A DNA stretch of 64,000 nucleotides from a virus (IMGVR_UViG_3300042197_004429:64001-128000); one strand, 5' to 3'; positions 28,665 through 38,476 are shown, counted from the first letter of the stretch. Translations and numbers: made by a program. The notes: a model not told the origin generated them from the letters alone.

Positions 28665-29705
28665 ATGAATGAAGTAGAAGTTCGCAGATATTTAAACGTG
28701 ATTAAGCGTGCTGTTTCGTTGATAGAAGGCATGCTAGATAACGATGACGGTGGGTTGCTTGAATCCCTAATGCCACAGAATATACAGGAAGTGGTGGCAA
28801 CAGCAGCGGCACAGGCTGTTGCTCAGGTCGTTGCGAACAAACCGATTGTCCAACAATCAACAAATCAAGTTGAGCAACCAGTTCAGGCGCAGCAGGAGCC
28901 AAAGCCTGTTAATGAAGCGGCAAAACTGGCACGCAAGAAACATATTGGCGATTTGATGGCGATTGATTGTTGGCCAGAGTCTGTTCCTCAATTCTTGGTT
29001 GCCAAAGATGCCTCTTTTGAAGATCAAGTGAATCGGGCAAATGCCGTTTTGGATATGCTTTTAGACAGACACGTGACGGGGTTGAATTTTCTAGACTTTG
29101 GTTGTGGCGAAGGGTGGATAGCCCAGCAAATATTGAAACGTGGTGCGATTGAGTCGATTGGCTATGATATCAAGCAATATGATTCTTGGTCTAATTTAAA
29201 AGACGTTAAGTTTACGACAAATTTTAACGACCTAAAGCCTAATTATTTCGATGTGATATTTTTATATGATGTTCTAGATCATTGTGAAGACCCTGTTTTT
29301 TTAATGAGTCAGGTGCAAAATTTAATTAAACCCAGTGGTGTTGTTTATGTTAGGTGTCACCCTTGGACAAGCAAACATGCAACTCATTTATACAAACAAG
29401 GTTTAAACAAAGCATATGTTCATCTTTTTATGTCATATGACGAATTAAAAGAATTAATTCAGCAAGATCCAAATTTTACACGCATGGAAAAAAACCCCGT
29501 CGAGGCTTACCACTGGTGGTTTAACAACTTCGACATCAAGAAAGAAAGAGAAGTAAAAGAGCCAGTGAATGGTTTTTTTCACGTTCCTGCTTTTAAAGAA
29601 TTGTTGGCAAATGAGCAACAAATTCCAATGAAAGATATCGACAACTTCTTGAGACTGATGGAGATACAGTTTGTTGATTTTTGTTTAGTTCCTAAAAAAT
29701 CATGA
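28665..29705 (+). CDS. SAM methyltransferase with N-terminal extension (paralog 2 of 3)
   Basis: WPESV, FLDFGCGEGW, DVLDH, HPWTSKHATHL. Confidence 0.8.
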   Translation: MNEVEVRRYLNVIKRAVSLIEGMLDNDDGGLLESLMPQNIQEVVATAAAQAVAQVVANKPIVQQSTNQVEQPVQAQQEPKPVNEAAKLARKKHIGDLMAIDCWPESVPQFLVAKDASFEDQVNRANAVLDMLLDRHVTGLNFLDFGCGEGWIAQQILKRGAIESIGYDIKQYDSWSNLKDVKFTTNFNDLKPNYFDVIFLYDVLDHCEDPVFLMSQVQNLIKPSGVVYVRCHPWTSKHATHLYKQGLNKAYVHLFMSYDELKELIQQDPNFTRMEKNPVEAYHWWFNNFDIKKEREVKEPVNGFFHVPAFKELLANEQQIPMKDIDNFLRLMEIQFVDFCLVPKKS

Positions 29706-30514
29706 AAAAAAAATTAACTTTTGTTTTGATGACTTGCGGCGAACTTGCGGAGAAAAAATGTGTAGAGGCCATCAAACCCCACCTTCATGAAGTCGAATTT
29801 TTTGAAGTTAGAAATGTTTTTCCTCAAATAAAAGCTTTAAATCAAATGATAAAGAAAGTCAGAACCGACTTTTTTATTCCTTTAGATGCTGATATTGTGC
29901 TTGATAAAGATGCTTATCCAAGAATTAAAAACGCAATCAACAAAAATGAACATGATCCAAAGTGGCATTCGATTCTTTTTCCCTTGTATGACACACTCAC
30001 AGAGAAAAGGATATTGGCATTAAAGATTTTGAGAACCAAAGTAATGAAACAAAATCTTTTTAAACAAAGCGCCACACCCGATGTTGAGCATTATCAAAGA
30101 CTGACTGGTTTAGGCTATTCTTGTATTCACGATTATCTCAATCAAAGAACTATTGGAAAACATATTGTGGCTGGTAAACATTTTTGTTACCATAAATTTA
30201 GAGATGTTTATCAAACTTATAGAAATTATAATTTTGAGTGGGATAGTGGGGTTTTTATGGGGGGAAACGATCTAAGAAGTCACGCCAAAGCACATTATGA
30301 TTTTTTTATGAAAAAATGGACAAAAACGGGCAATAAAGATTATTTACATTGCATCGCAGGCATGATGGATGGCATACTTTCCCCTGTAGAAAACAAATCA
30401 AAAACTTTAAAATCAAAAAAATATAATATTAAAACAAAGTGGGCAATTCATGCTTTTTTAGATTGGTATATGGCACCAATGTCCACATCCAAATCAGGCA
30501 GCATGTTGTTTTAG
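29702..30514 (+). CDS. GT2-like glycosyltransferase
   Basis: TFVLMT, ALNQ, LDADIVL. Confidence 0.6.
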   Translation: MKKKLTFVLMTCGELAEKKCVEAIKPHLHEVEFFEVRNVFPQIKALNQMIKKVRTDFFIPLDADIVLDKDAYPRIKNAINKNEHDPKWHSILFPLYDTLTEKRILALKILRTKVMKQNLFKQSATPDVEHYQRLTGLGYSCIHDYLNQRTIGKHIVAGKHFCYHKFRDVYQTYRNYNFEWDSGVFMGGNDLRSHAKAHYDFFMKKWTKTGNKDYLHCIAGMMDGILSPVENKSKTLKSKKYNIKTKWAIHAFLDWYMAPMSTSKSGSMLF

Positions 30515-31173
30515 GATTGATAAGGCATCGAAGCAAAATTAGGAACATTTGAGTTAGACAACGCAGTGGAGACAACATTCCTGGCCACGTTGTCCACACC
30601 GCCGGTTAGTTGACTTTGTTTTTCAAATTTTCTTTCCAACTCCACCGATTGTTTTTTAGCTTCTTCCATTAGTTGTTTCAATTTTTTTGTGTCCAGATCG
30701 TAATACGAACCTGTAGGATCTGGATTGCGTTTTATTACATTTATGCTTGGTGACATAGCCATTGTTAGTTGTACAAATTTTATTGAAGGATATCTTCCGA
30801 TGATATCTTTTTGTGGCAACTTGCTTAAAACTCCAGTTTTTTCATCGTATTCAATTCCTCGCATATACCGCTCAGAGGTTGCGTCATTCATGGGATTGTT
30901 TTTTCTGGCTTCGTAAGCTGAAAATGCATTCTCGGCCAATGCTGCCAACTTATCTAAAAGATCTTTTCTTTCTTCTAATTGTTTTTTTTCAGGCGTTGTT
31001 TCTTTTTGAAATTGCTGTAGTTGGCTTAGTGATTTAAAACCACCTACAGGAACTTTTGTGGGATCATATTTGTCGTGCATATCAGGAAACTGAAAATGAC
31101 CACTATAATACATTTCATTTTTTAGAAATGCTTTATTTTCATTAGAATAAAAAAATTCACGAAATTTTCTCAT
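30511..31173 (-). CDS. Hypothetical protein, possibly virion-internal (MRKFREF N-terminus)
   Basis: 220-aa ORF. Confidence 0.55.
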   Translation of the reverse strand: MRKFREFFYSNENKAFLKNEMYYSGHFQFPDMHDKYDPTKVPVGGFKSLSQLQQFQKETTPEKKQLEERKDLLDKLAALAENAFSAYEARKNNPMNDATSERYMRGIEYDEKTGVLSKLPQKDIIGRYPSIKFVQLTMAMSPSINVIKRNPDPTGSYYDLDTKKLKQLMEEAKKQSVELERKFEKQSQLTGGVDNVARNVVSTALSNSNVPNFASMPYQS

Positions 31174-31212
31174 GTAATATATAGGCAGACTTCATCAGAT
31201 TAGAGGCAAAAA

Positions 31213-32085
31213 TTGATAAGCATTTTTATAATGTATTCGACCGACAGATTTCAAGCATTAGAATATACCATTTCTTGCTTGGAGCAAATGCCTTTATACT
31301 CGAAGTGCCAAAAAACATTAATTGTTGATGGGAAAATTGATCAAATTCCAAATGATTGGGAAAGCATACAGGTTCCTAGGATAAATGATGATTTTTGTTG
31401 GGGAAGAATGTGGGACGCTGGCGTTTGCTCTGCGAAATATGAAAAAATACTCTATCTAGATTCTGATCGCCTTCTTTCTAAGTCTTTTTTGAAATTGATT
31501 GAAGAATATGTAGTCGATAATGTTTTTGCGTTTACTTCTAAACATTTTATGATGAAAAATAAAATTTCTGTAGGTGAATGCAAAAAAGCCCTTCTAGAAG
31601 ACGACCTACAACAAATGTTTGTAAAAAATCCTGATATTTCTTCTTTTTTACAATACGAAACACGCCACGAACAACCCTTTCACGGTCCTGGAAAAAATGT
31701 TATGTCGGGAAGCACTGCTTTTACTAGGGACACCTATTTAAAACTTGGTGGTGTTGATCAATGGTATTGTGGTCACGGTGCATTTGCCGATAGTGATTTC
31801 CATATGCAAGCCGCTTGTACTGGTTGTAGTTTTTTGGATTTAGGCACACCAGAACTTCATTTTCCGCATGAAAAATTAGATAATCAAAATACCAGCCTAA
31901 CAGACAAGCAGATTTGGAAATTGAGTTTGGATAACTTTATTTATTATTGCATTAAATGGAAATTACCTATAGCCCTGGCTGAGAGTTTTGCCGTGAGATG
32001 CGAAATTAAAAAACCATCCTCTTACGTCAACAAGAAAGTTAAAGAGATCAAGGCAAACGCCAAGGTATTTTTTGAAAAAGTTTAG
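31213..32085 (+). CDS. GT2-like glycosyltransferase
   Basis: WDAGV, YLDSDRLL, LGGVDQWYCGHGAFADSDF. Confidence 0.7.
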   Translation: MISIFIMYSTDRFQALEYTISCLEQMPLYSKCQKTLIVDGKIDQIPNDWESIQVPRINDDFCWGRMWDAGVCSAKYEKILYLDSDRLLSKSFLKLIEEYVVDNVFAFTSKHFMMKNKISVGECKKALLEDDLQQMFVKNPDISSFLQYETRHEQPFHGPGKNVMSGSTAFTRDTYLKLGGVDQWYCGHGAFADSDFHMQAACTGCSFLDLGTPELHFPHEKLDNQNTSLTDKQIWKLSLDNFIYYCIKWKLPIALAESFAVRCEIKKPSSYVNKKVKEIKANAKVFFEKV

Positions 32086-32749
32086 CCTTATCTTCTAAGA
32101 GATTCACATCAGGAAAATCTTCTTGTCTTGCTTCCAGATGGCTACCGTGCCAATGGTGATAAATGACTGGTGTTCCTTCAATATTCCATTCTTCTCCATT
32201 GATTGTGCTGTATCGATTTTCAGATGATTGTAAAAATCCAATATTGAAACCATCAGCCATGATTTTATAATATGCTTTTATTCCAACATCGTACCCACCA
32301 GGAGTCACCCTGTTTCCTTTAAAGCCCTCTGAAGGTTCCCAATCATATTTTGAGAGTTCTCTTTTCATAAACATGCACGCCGGTCTTATTGGCTTTGATG
32401 CAACTCCTTTGCCACCAAAAAGATCAAATTTTTTCATTTGTTCTATAAAAAGTTTTTCCCAACCATAATTTAGAATGTGACAATCTACATCCAAAAACAT
32501 CATGTAGGGATACCTTTTGCAAATCTCATCGGCTTTTGCCACTCCAAGATTAAGCCCCTTACCGTGTCCCACATTCTCTGGTAAAACAAACTGATGGGTA
32601 TTTGGATAATCAAACTTTAAACGACTTTGAGGATCGCTATTGTCTATAACAATTAATTTATACTCTAATGTAGAGTAGCGATCTAGCGACTCCATCAATA
32701 GCCATAAAAAATCGTAAGAATTATAATTTACTGTAACAATTCCTATCAT
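32048..32749 (-). CDS. GT2-like glycosyltransferase
   Basis: VTVNYNS, VIDNSD, NVGHGKGLN, FLDVDC, DVG, HHWHG. Confidence 0.8.
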   Translation of the reverse strand: MIGIVTVNYNSYDFLWLLMESLDRYSTLEYKLIVIDNSDPQSRLKFDYPNTHQFVLPENVGHGKGLNLGVAKADEICKRYPYMMFLDVDCHILNYGWEKLFIEQMKKFDLFGGKGVASKPIRPACMFMKRELSKYDWEPSEGFKGNRVTPGGYDVGIKAYYKIMADGFNIGFLQSSENRYSTINGEEWNIEGTPVIYHHWHGSHLEARQEDFPDVNLLEDKAKLFQKIPWRLP

Positions 32750-32769
32750 GACTTAAAGGAGTAATTATC

Positions 32770-33240
32770 TTGCACTTTGAACCTTCGGATAATCGAATAG
32801 TAATTTGGGGCATGAGTTGTGTTGGCAAAACTACATTTGCCAACACAATGAAAAGTCACACTTATTATTGTTTTGATGCCCTATTTCAGTGGCATTTAAT
32901 TGAAACATTTGGCTTATCAAGTGCAGAAAACTTTAAATATATTCAAAAAACTTGCGATGCAAATAAGTTTGTTATAGACGGCTGGAATTTGGCTGATAAG
33001 AGAGGAGAATTTTTCCCAAAAGGCTGCGTTGTGTATTTGCTTTGGGCACCTTATGAAAAAATTATTTCACAATATAGAGTGCCGGTTTTGAATCATTTAG
33101 AACATAAAAATATGTATAAAAAATGGTATCATGAAATTGATGTTTCTTTTTTCCCAAAAGTCAAATTCTTTTTGAATAACGGAGTCTTCTCAGAAATATC
33201 TAAAAAAGATTATCTTACTTTTTTAGAACATAATCAATGA
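32770..33240 (+). CDS. P-loop kinase-like protein
   Basis: Walker A GMSCVGKTT, FVIDG. Confidence 0.6.
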   Translation: MHFEPSDNRIVIWGMSCVGKTTFANTMKSHTYYCFDALFQWHLIETFGLSSAENFKYIQKTCDANKFVIDGWNLADKRGEFFPKGCVVYLLWAPYEKIISQYRVPVLNHLEHKNMYKKWYHEIDVSFFPKVKFFLNNGVFSEISKKDYLTFLEHNQ

Positions 33241-34180
33241 AGTCCATTCCAAGTTGAAATTCTGGAAATTGCTTGGTTTTAACGGTCGTCATTATCCTCT
33301 CTGCTATTTTTGGTATTTTAAAGAAAGGATCAACTTTTGATGTTATTTCTCTTCGGTGAACTTTTGTTAAACCGGCATTCTCAATAAATTTATCATAAGT
33401 TGCTAAAGGTGTGGTTACCCCTATGCTATCTTCTTCGTATTTTCTTTCGGGTATTAATTTGTTAAGCTCATCTGGGGTAAACACAAGGTGAATATAAGAT
33501 TTATTTAAATGGTGATAGAGATGAGTTGCGTGTTTTGATGTGAAGGGGTGACACCTCATGTAAATCTGCCCGTCTGGTGCCAAAGCATCTTTTGCTTTTT
33601 TCAAAAAATCTATTGGGTTTTCATTTTTTAAATGGTCCAAAACATCAAATATTACAATTACATTAAATGGGCCTTGTGACAAAACCTCATTAAAATTAGT
33701 TGTTAAAAGTAAACCTTCTCTTTTTAAAGATTCCCATTTACTATTCTCTTCGATGTCATACCCTACCGATATTAAAGGCTCATACTCTGCGGCAACATGG
33801 GCAACATGACCTTCTCCACAACCTAAATCTAAAACTTTTAATCCTTTTAAATCTGGTTCGATCATAAGTTCAACTATTCCACGCCCACGCTCCAATTTGT
33901 CATTCTCATTATCTGGGTCGCAAATTAGATTGGGATTAACAGCTTCAGGCCATTTTTCGCTATCAAGTGCTTTTTTAAGTGCTTCAAAACTCTCCAGGTC
34001 TTCACCAGCATATTCAGGAGGTATCTCTGGGCTTTTTTGAGGTGAAACATTATTGGCTTGAAAAGATTGATTTGTTGTTGTGGTTGGAGAGTCGCCATCT
34101 TCCAAAATGGCTTGTTTTAGATCTAATAATCCTTTCATTATCAAATCTATTGTCGCATTAACTTTTTGCATATTTGGCAT
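33215..34180 (-). CDS. SAM methyltransferase with N-terminal extension (paralog 3 of 3)
   Basis: WPEAV, VLDLGCGEGH, DVLDH, HPFTSKHATHL. Confidence 0.8.
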   Translation of the reverse strand: MPNMQKVNATIDLIMKGLLDLKQAILEDGDSPTTTTNQSFQANNVSPQKSPEIPPEYAGEDLESFEALKKALDSEKWPEAVNPNLICDPDNENDKLERGRGIVELMIEPDLKGLKVLDLGCGEGHVAHVAAEYEPLISVGYDIEENSKWESLKREGLLLTTNFNEVLSQGPFNVIVIFDVLDHLKNENPIDFLKKAKDALAPDGQIYMRCHPFTSKHATHLYHHLNKSYIHLVFTPDELNKLIPERKYEEDSIGVTTPLATYDKFIENAGLTKVHRREITSKVDPFFKIPKIAERIMTTVKTKQFPEFQLGMDFIDYVLKK

Positions 34181-34235
34181 GTTTACCTCAAATTTTTTAA
34201 TTTGTTTCTATTATTATAGTGATTAATTTTAAAAA

Positions 34236-35054
34236 TTGGATTATTTAGTGATAAATTTAGCAGTTGTTTTAAATGTTCACAACAAACCAGATGTGGTAAG
34301 GGACACAATAGATTCTATACAAACTTTTGCAACTAAAAATATAGTTGTCTTAGTTGATGGTGCTTGTTGGTCCAAAATGAAAAAAGAACCAATGGAAGCG
34401 GCTAAAGTAGAAGGATTTTATCACAACACTCATAAGGCACCATATCGAAACGTCGCACTTTCGTTACAAACAATCACAGATGTTTACCCAGAATCAGATT
34501 GGTACTGTTACACAGAGTACGATGTGCTTTTTGCCTCGGAGAGATTCAAACACAATTTAAAAATGGCAGAGGAAAGGGGGGTATGGATGCTAGGCAATGA
34601 TGGTCGTGTAGACTATGAAAAAATGCCTTTGGTGCAAGCCATGTTTGACAAGCCTTTTAAAAGCATTTATTATTTGCTTGGTTGTTGTTTATTTTTTCAT
34701 AAAAACTTCATAAACAAATTAAAAGAAATTGATTTTTTTAATCGTTTTTTAAATTTGACTAACGGTTTTACTGGAGGGTTTTTTCCTTTTTATAGAGGTT
34801 ACGATCTAAGCGAACATTTATATCCAACAATTTGCAGACACCTTGGCGGCAACATAGGTGTTTTTGCACATTACGAACAATCAGGAAATTGGCACGGATC
34901 TCATAAATTTTTTCCTGTTCGTTGGATGCCGGAAATCGACCCTGTAAAAGAAAATTTTCCCGAAGCTAGCATAATACATCCATTAAAATCTTTTGATCAT
35001 CCAATTCGTGTTCATCATCGTGAAAAGAGGAAAAATGCAAAACTCTCAATTTGA
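34236..35054 (+). CDS. Glycosyltransferase-like protein
   Basis: LVDG, YRN, TEYDVLF, SEH, IIHPLK; GT-A-like layout. Confidence 0.5.
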   Translation: MDYLVINLAVVLNVHNKPDVVRDTIDSIQTFATKNIVVLVDGACWSKMKKEPMEAAKVEGFYHNTHKAPYRNVALSLQTITDVYPESDWYCYTEYDVLFASERFKHNLKMAEERGVWMLGNDGRVDYEKMPLVQAMFDKPFKSIYYLLGCCLFFHKNFINKLKEIDFFNRFLNLTNGFTGGFFPFYRGYDLSEHLYPTICRHLGGNIGVFAHYEQSGNWHGSHKFFPVRWMPEIDPVKENFPEASIIHPLKSFDHPIRVHHREKRKNAKLSI

Positions 35055-35634
35055 AGCAAAAAGTTTAGGAGTCGTTTTTGATTTATCAGCAAGACTCGGA
35101 AAAGAAGGAAAACGAATTGTTGATGTTGTCAAAAAAAACATGATTGATATTGTTAGACAATGTTTAATCGATGGCGAAGACAGCATGTATCTTTACAACC
35201 CTGATTTGATAGATGTTTATTTTAAACATGGAGAGCAAGTTTGTGCTTTAGGAAATTACAATACAGATGGTTATTCGTTTGATCTTTCCATGGCTTTTAG
35301 ACAAACTCTGTATGTCTTAATGTCGGAAGATGACGATTTTCAAAAGTATTTGTTATTTATTACAGATAGGCTCTCGGATGAATTTCCTCTAGAAAAAGCT
35401 TTTAATATTAATAAAAAAGAAAAAATAGAATGCAAGTTCATATTAGTTGGAGTGGGCGATTACTATAATAAAAATATATTAGAAAATTATGCCCAAAAAG
35501 AGAATGCTTTTTATATTCATTTAAACAACCCCGCAGAATTAAAATTCCCCCAAATTAAGGAGTATTTGGATGGCAAAATCCAATCATGTTGCAAGACCGA
35601 TGAACGATGTGAGCTTATTCAACTCTCAAGTTGA
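35035..35634 (+). CDS. vWA-fold-like hypothetical protein
   Basis: VVFDLS, LLFITD, FILVGVG; GAGG RBS; start set at ATG 35035. Confidence 0.45.
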   Translation: MQNSQFEAKSLGVVFDLSARLGKEGKRIVDVVKKNMIDIVRQCLIDGEDSMYLYNPDLIDVYFKHGEQVCALGNYNTDGYSFDLSMAFRQTLYVLMSEDDDFQKYLLFITDRLSDEFPLEKAFNINKKEKIECKFILVGVGDYYNKNILENYAQKENAFYIHLNNPAELKFPQIKEYLDGKIQSCCKTDERCELIQLSS

Positions 35635-36379
35635 TATCATAGTGCCTTTTCATGGTCAATATGATAAAGTGATGAAGTTGATTGATAGTCTTTTTAGATT
35701 GACTAGAAGCAATTATTATCAACTTATTTTAGTAGACGATTGTTCTCCTAATCCAGATTTTATAAGAAATATAGATTTAAATTCTCAAAAAAATTCACAA
35801 AGATTGCGACAAAGAAATGTTGTCAAGGCAATAAGAACTGAGGAGCAAAAAGGTTTTGCTGGTGCTTGCAAAGTCGGTTTCGAATCTGGTGAAAGTCCAT
35901 ACGTTTGTTTTTTAAATTCTGACTGCATTATAGAGGATGCTGGTTGGTTAAAAAACATGGGCGAAAGTTTGCTAAAATTAAAGGCCGAAGGAGTTCGTGT
36001 TGTTTCGGCTGTGACTAATAACCCTGTTGGCGGAGACGCTTCTCAAAAAGGCGAAAGATTCGTTCGAGAAGAAAACGATGTAATTCTTAAAGACGATAGT
36101 TTTTTAAGTTTGTTTTGTTTTATGTGCCACAGAGAGTTGTTTTCTAGAATTGATGGTTTTATTAAAGAATATCCTTTTGGTTATTATGAAGATGAAGAAT
36201 TCGCAGCAAGATTAAAAAAATATAGTTTCAAACAAGCAGTCTGTAAAAGTGCTTATGTTTACCACGAGGGACAGGCGACAGTTCATCATATTTGGAGGTC
36301 GCATCCAACAGCAAGAAAAATTATGGAAGAAGATAACAGAAAACGGTGCATAGAAGACATGAAATTGCTCAAATCTTAG
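35570..36379 (+). CDS. GT2 glycosyltransferase
   Basis: DIIVPFHG, LVDDCS, QKGFAGACK.G, FLNSDC, YYEDEE, VYHEG. Confidence 0.9.
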   Translation: MAKSNHVARPMNDVSLFNSQVDIIVPFHGQYDKVMKLIDSLFRLTRSNYYQLILVDDCSPNPDFIRNIDLNSQKNSQRLRQRNVVKAIRTEEQKGFAGACKVGFESGESPYVCFLNSDCIIEDAGWLKNMGESLLKLKAEGVRVVSAVTNNPVGGDASQKGERFVREENDVILKDDSFLSLFCFMCHRELFSRIDGFIKEYPFGYYEDEEFAARLKKYSFKQAVCKSAYVYHEGQATVHHIWRSHPTARKIMEEDNRKRCIEDMKLLKS

Positions 36380-36455
36380 ACCTGTCCCTGTTTTGAAATG
36401 CAAATAATTAATCATAGATATTTGCGAAACCGGTATTCTAAACAGGAGGTATAAA

Positions 36456-36695
36456 ATGGCTGCTATTTTAGTTCCAGCTATCACTGGAAACAAATGTGTT
36501 GGTTCTTACACCGATGGCAGTGTGCTTCGCAAACATTTTTGCAAAAAAGGCACTGACGCCAATGGTGATGCGATTTACACTTGTGCCACATGGCGCAGAT
36601 TTAGAGTGAATTGCCCAAAAATTAATTTCCAATGCAGTTCTTTGTCGGAAGCTTGGGTGGCTGCTGCCGTGGTTTGTCGTCAAAGACTCTTCTAA
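36456..36695 (+). CDS. Small Cys-rich protein (79 aa, 6 Cys)
   Basis: Strong AGGAGGT RBS and own terminator. Confidence 0.6.
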   Translation: MAAILVPAITGNKCVGSYTDGSVLRKHFCKKGTDANGDAIYTCATWRRFRVNCPKINFQCSSLSEAWVAAAVVCRQRLF

Positions 36696-36721
36696 ATCAT
36701 CAAAATTTTGTTAAGATGGTT

Positions 36722-36754
36722 AAGAGACGCACTTTTTGTGCGTCTCTTTTTTTT
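36722..36754 (+). terminator. Intrinsic terminator
   Basis: AAGAGACGCAC-TTTTT-GTGCGTCTCTT followed by T run. Confidence 0.85.
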
Positions 36755-36758
36755 GAAG

Positions 36759-36786
36759 TTGACAACCCGCATCCTTTACGTAGAAT
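36759..36786 (+). promoter_or_regulatory. sigma70-type promoter for the ParB-like gene
   Basis: TTGACA (36759-36764), 16 nt, TAGAAT (36781-36786). Confidence 0.7.
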
Positions 36787-36929
36787 GTTCGCCAGTTCGG
36801 ATTTTTTGGTCCGAAAAAGCCAACTGGATGGCTTGAATATTCTCAGCCATACGCTGGTTTTTCGATTTGGATCTCAAAAATTTTACCAACATGCGTTGGT
36901 GTTTTTGGGCTTTTTGAAAGGATGCTACT

Positions 36930-38399
36930 ATGCAATCGAAAATTAATCGTAACGACTCAGCCTCAAACAAGTTCAGCCTTATTCCGCTTTCAGAAATAGA
37001 TATTGTGGAAAGACCAGCGGAAGGCGAGGAAAATGAAAAATTATTTTTCAATCCTCGTGGTCCAAGTTCCTTCACCCCAGATCGGATGATGCAACTTCAA
37101 TATTCAATCCGCACTGACGGCATTCAACAACCTCCAATTGTAAGATTAAATAGCGATTCTTATGAATTGATTGCTGGCGAACGAAGGATTCGATCCTGTC
37201 AGGCAATTGTGGAGAACGATCTGCCGTGTTTTGATGAAGATAATCCTCGTCGTGATTCTTACGACAAAGGAGACGTTGTTCTTTACAAGGGTCGTTTTGG
37301 CACAGTTGTTAAAGAACTGAGCGATGAGATCATCGTGGATTTTGATGATGATTGTGTTGGTTCACAAGAAAGAAAAAATTGTCCTATTGAAGATGTTTTC
37401 GCCACAGTTTCCGGTAGCGAACTGTACGAGAATGTGCCTTGCAAAATTGTTACCGATTGTTCTGATCAACGAGCATTAAGACTTGCCTTTACAGAAAATG
37501 ACCAATCGGAACCTCTAACGATTGCCGAAGAGGTTGCTTTGGTCGAACGACTTTCAAGATCTGGCTTGAAGCAAGAAGAAATCGCTGAGTTGCTTGGTTC
37601 AAACATTACCTGGGTTTGCCAAACAGGAAATTTCAGATCCCAATTGCCTAAGAAAGCATTTGACAAACTCATTAAAGGAGAAATGACTCGTCATGTTGCT
37701 GTGAATTTCTTGAGTTACTCACCTGACGATAGAGAAGAATTATTTCAAGCAACAATTGAGGCTGAAACCCAAGAGACTCAAGAAAAAATTGCTGAACTTA
37801 CTGAAGAAAAAGAGCGTTTTGAGGACGAAGAAGAAATAGCAATATCGGACGCAATCAAGGCCGACGATGATGGCGACGAAAAGACTGCTAGAAAACTTCG
37901 CAAGAAGGCCGCTGGTCTTGCTTCGAAGGCGACGAAGGCCGCTGGTCGCCTTGAGCGTGTAAAGCGTGACAAGGGCAATATTAAACAAGGTCACGTTAAG
38001 TCTGGTGCCAAAGCGAAAGGTTTGCAGCCCAAGAAAATCAAATCGTTAGATAAGAACGATATTGAAACCATCTTTGTAGATGGAATTCAAGAGTTTCTTG
38101 AAGGCGAAGGGGTTTGTGATATAACCGGAGAAACTGTCCCAGCAGAATATGCTGCAATTGTCTTGTCAACCGCCAAGGCAATTATTGCCGGAATCTCGGA
38201 TCCTATTCATCCAATTCGTGAATACATGTGCGAGATGGGTGTGTGGGAATTGCCCAAGCGCAAAAAGAAAAAGAAGGAAGAATCTTCTTTCGAAGACAGT
38301 ATCGAAGAGGATGAACCTATTAGCGAAGATGATGATTTTGAAAATCATTTGAAAAGTTACGATGATGATGAAGAAGACGAGCAGTTTGATGATGAGTGA
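36930..38399 (+). CDS. ParB/Spo0J-like protein with insertion, HTH, coiled coil and acidic tail
   Basis: SIRTDGIQQPPIVR, YELIAGERRIRS, AFTENDQSEPLT, LKQEEIAELLG..ITWV. Confidence 0.8.
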   Translation: MQSKINRNDSASNKFSLIPLSEIDIVERPAEGEENEKLFFNPRGPSSFTPDRMMQLQYSIRTDGIQQPPIVRLNSDSYELIAGERRIRSCQAIVENDLPCFDEDNPRRDSYDKGDVVLYKGRFGTVVKELSDEIIVDFDDDCVGSQERKNCPIEDVFATVSGSELYENVPCKIVTDCSDQRALRLAFTENDQSEPLTIAEEVALVERLSRSGLKQEEIAELLGSNITWVCQTGNFRSQLPKKAFDKLIKGEMTRHVAVNFLSYSPDDREELFQATIEAETQETQEKIAELTEEKERFEDEEEIAISDAIKADDDGDEKTARKLRKKAAGLASKATKAAGRLERVKRDKGNIKQGHVKSGAKAKGLQPKKIKSLDKNDIETIFVDGIQEFLEGEGVCDITGETVPAEYAAIVLSTAKAIIAGISDPIHPIREYMCEMGVWELPKRKKKKKEESSFEDSIEEDEPISEDDDFENHLKSYDDDEEDEQFDDE

Positions 38400-38422
38400 T
38401 CGTCTTTTAAATTAATAATATG

Positions 38423-38459
38423 AACGGCTCCGATGTTTTCATCGGAGCCGTTTTTTTTT
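38423..38459 (+). terminator. Intrinsic terminator
   Basis: AACGGCTCCGATG-TTTT-CATCGGAGCCGTT followed by T run. Confidence 0.9.
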
Positions 38460-38476
38460 AAATTTTGATATATATT

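Noticed and set aside
36787-36929. Riboswitch in the ParB leader
   Set aside because: Several short hairpins (CCAGTT/AACTGG, TGGCT/AGCCA, CCAAC/GTTGG) but no aptamer consensus recognised
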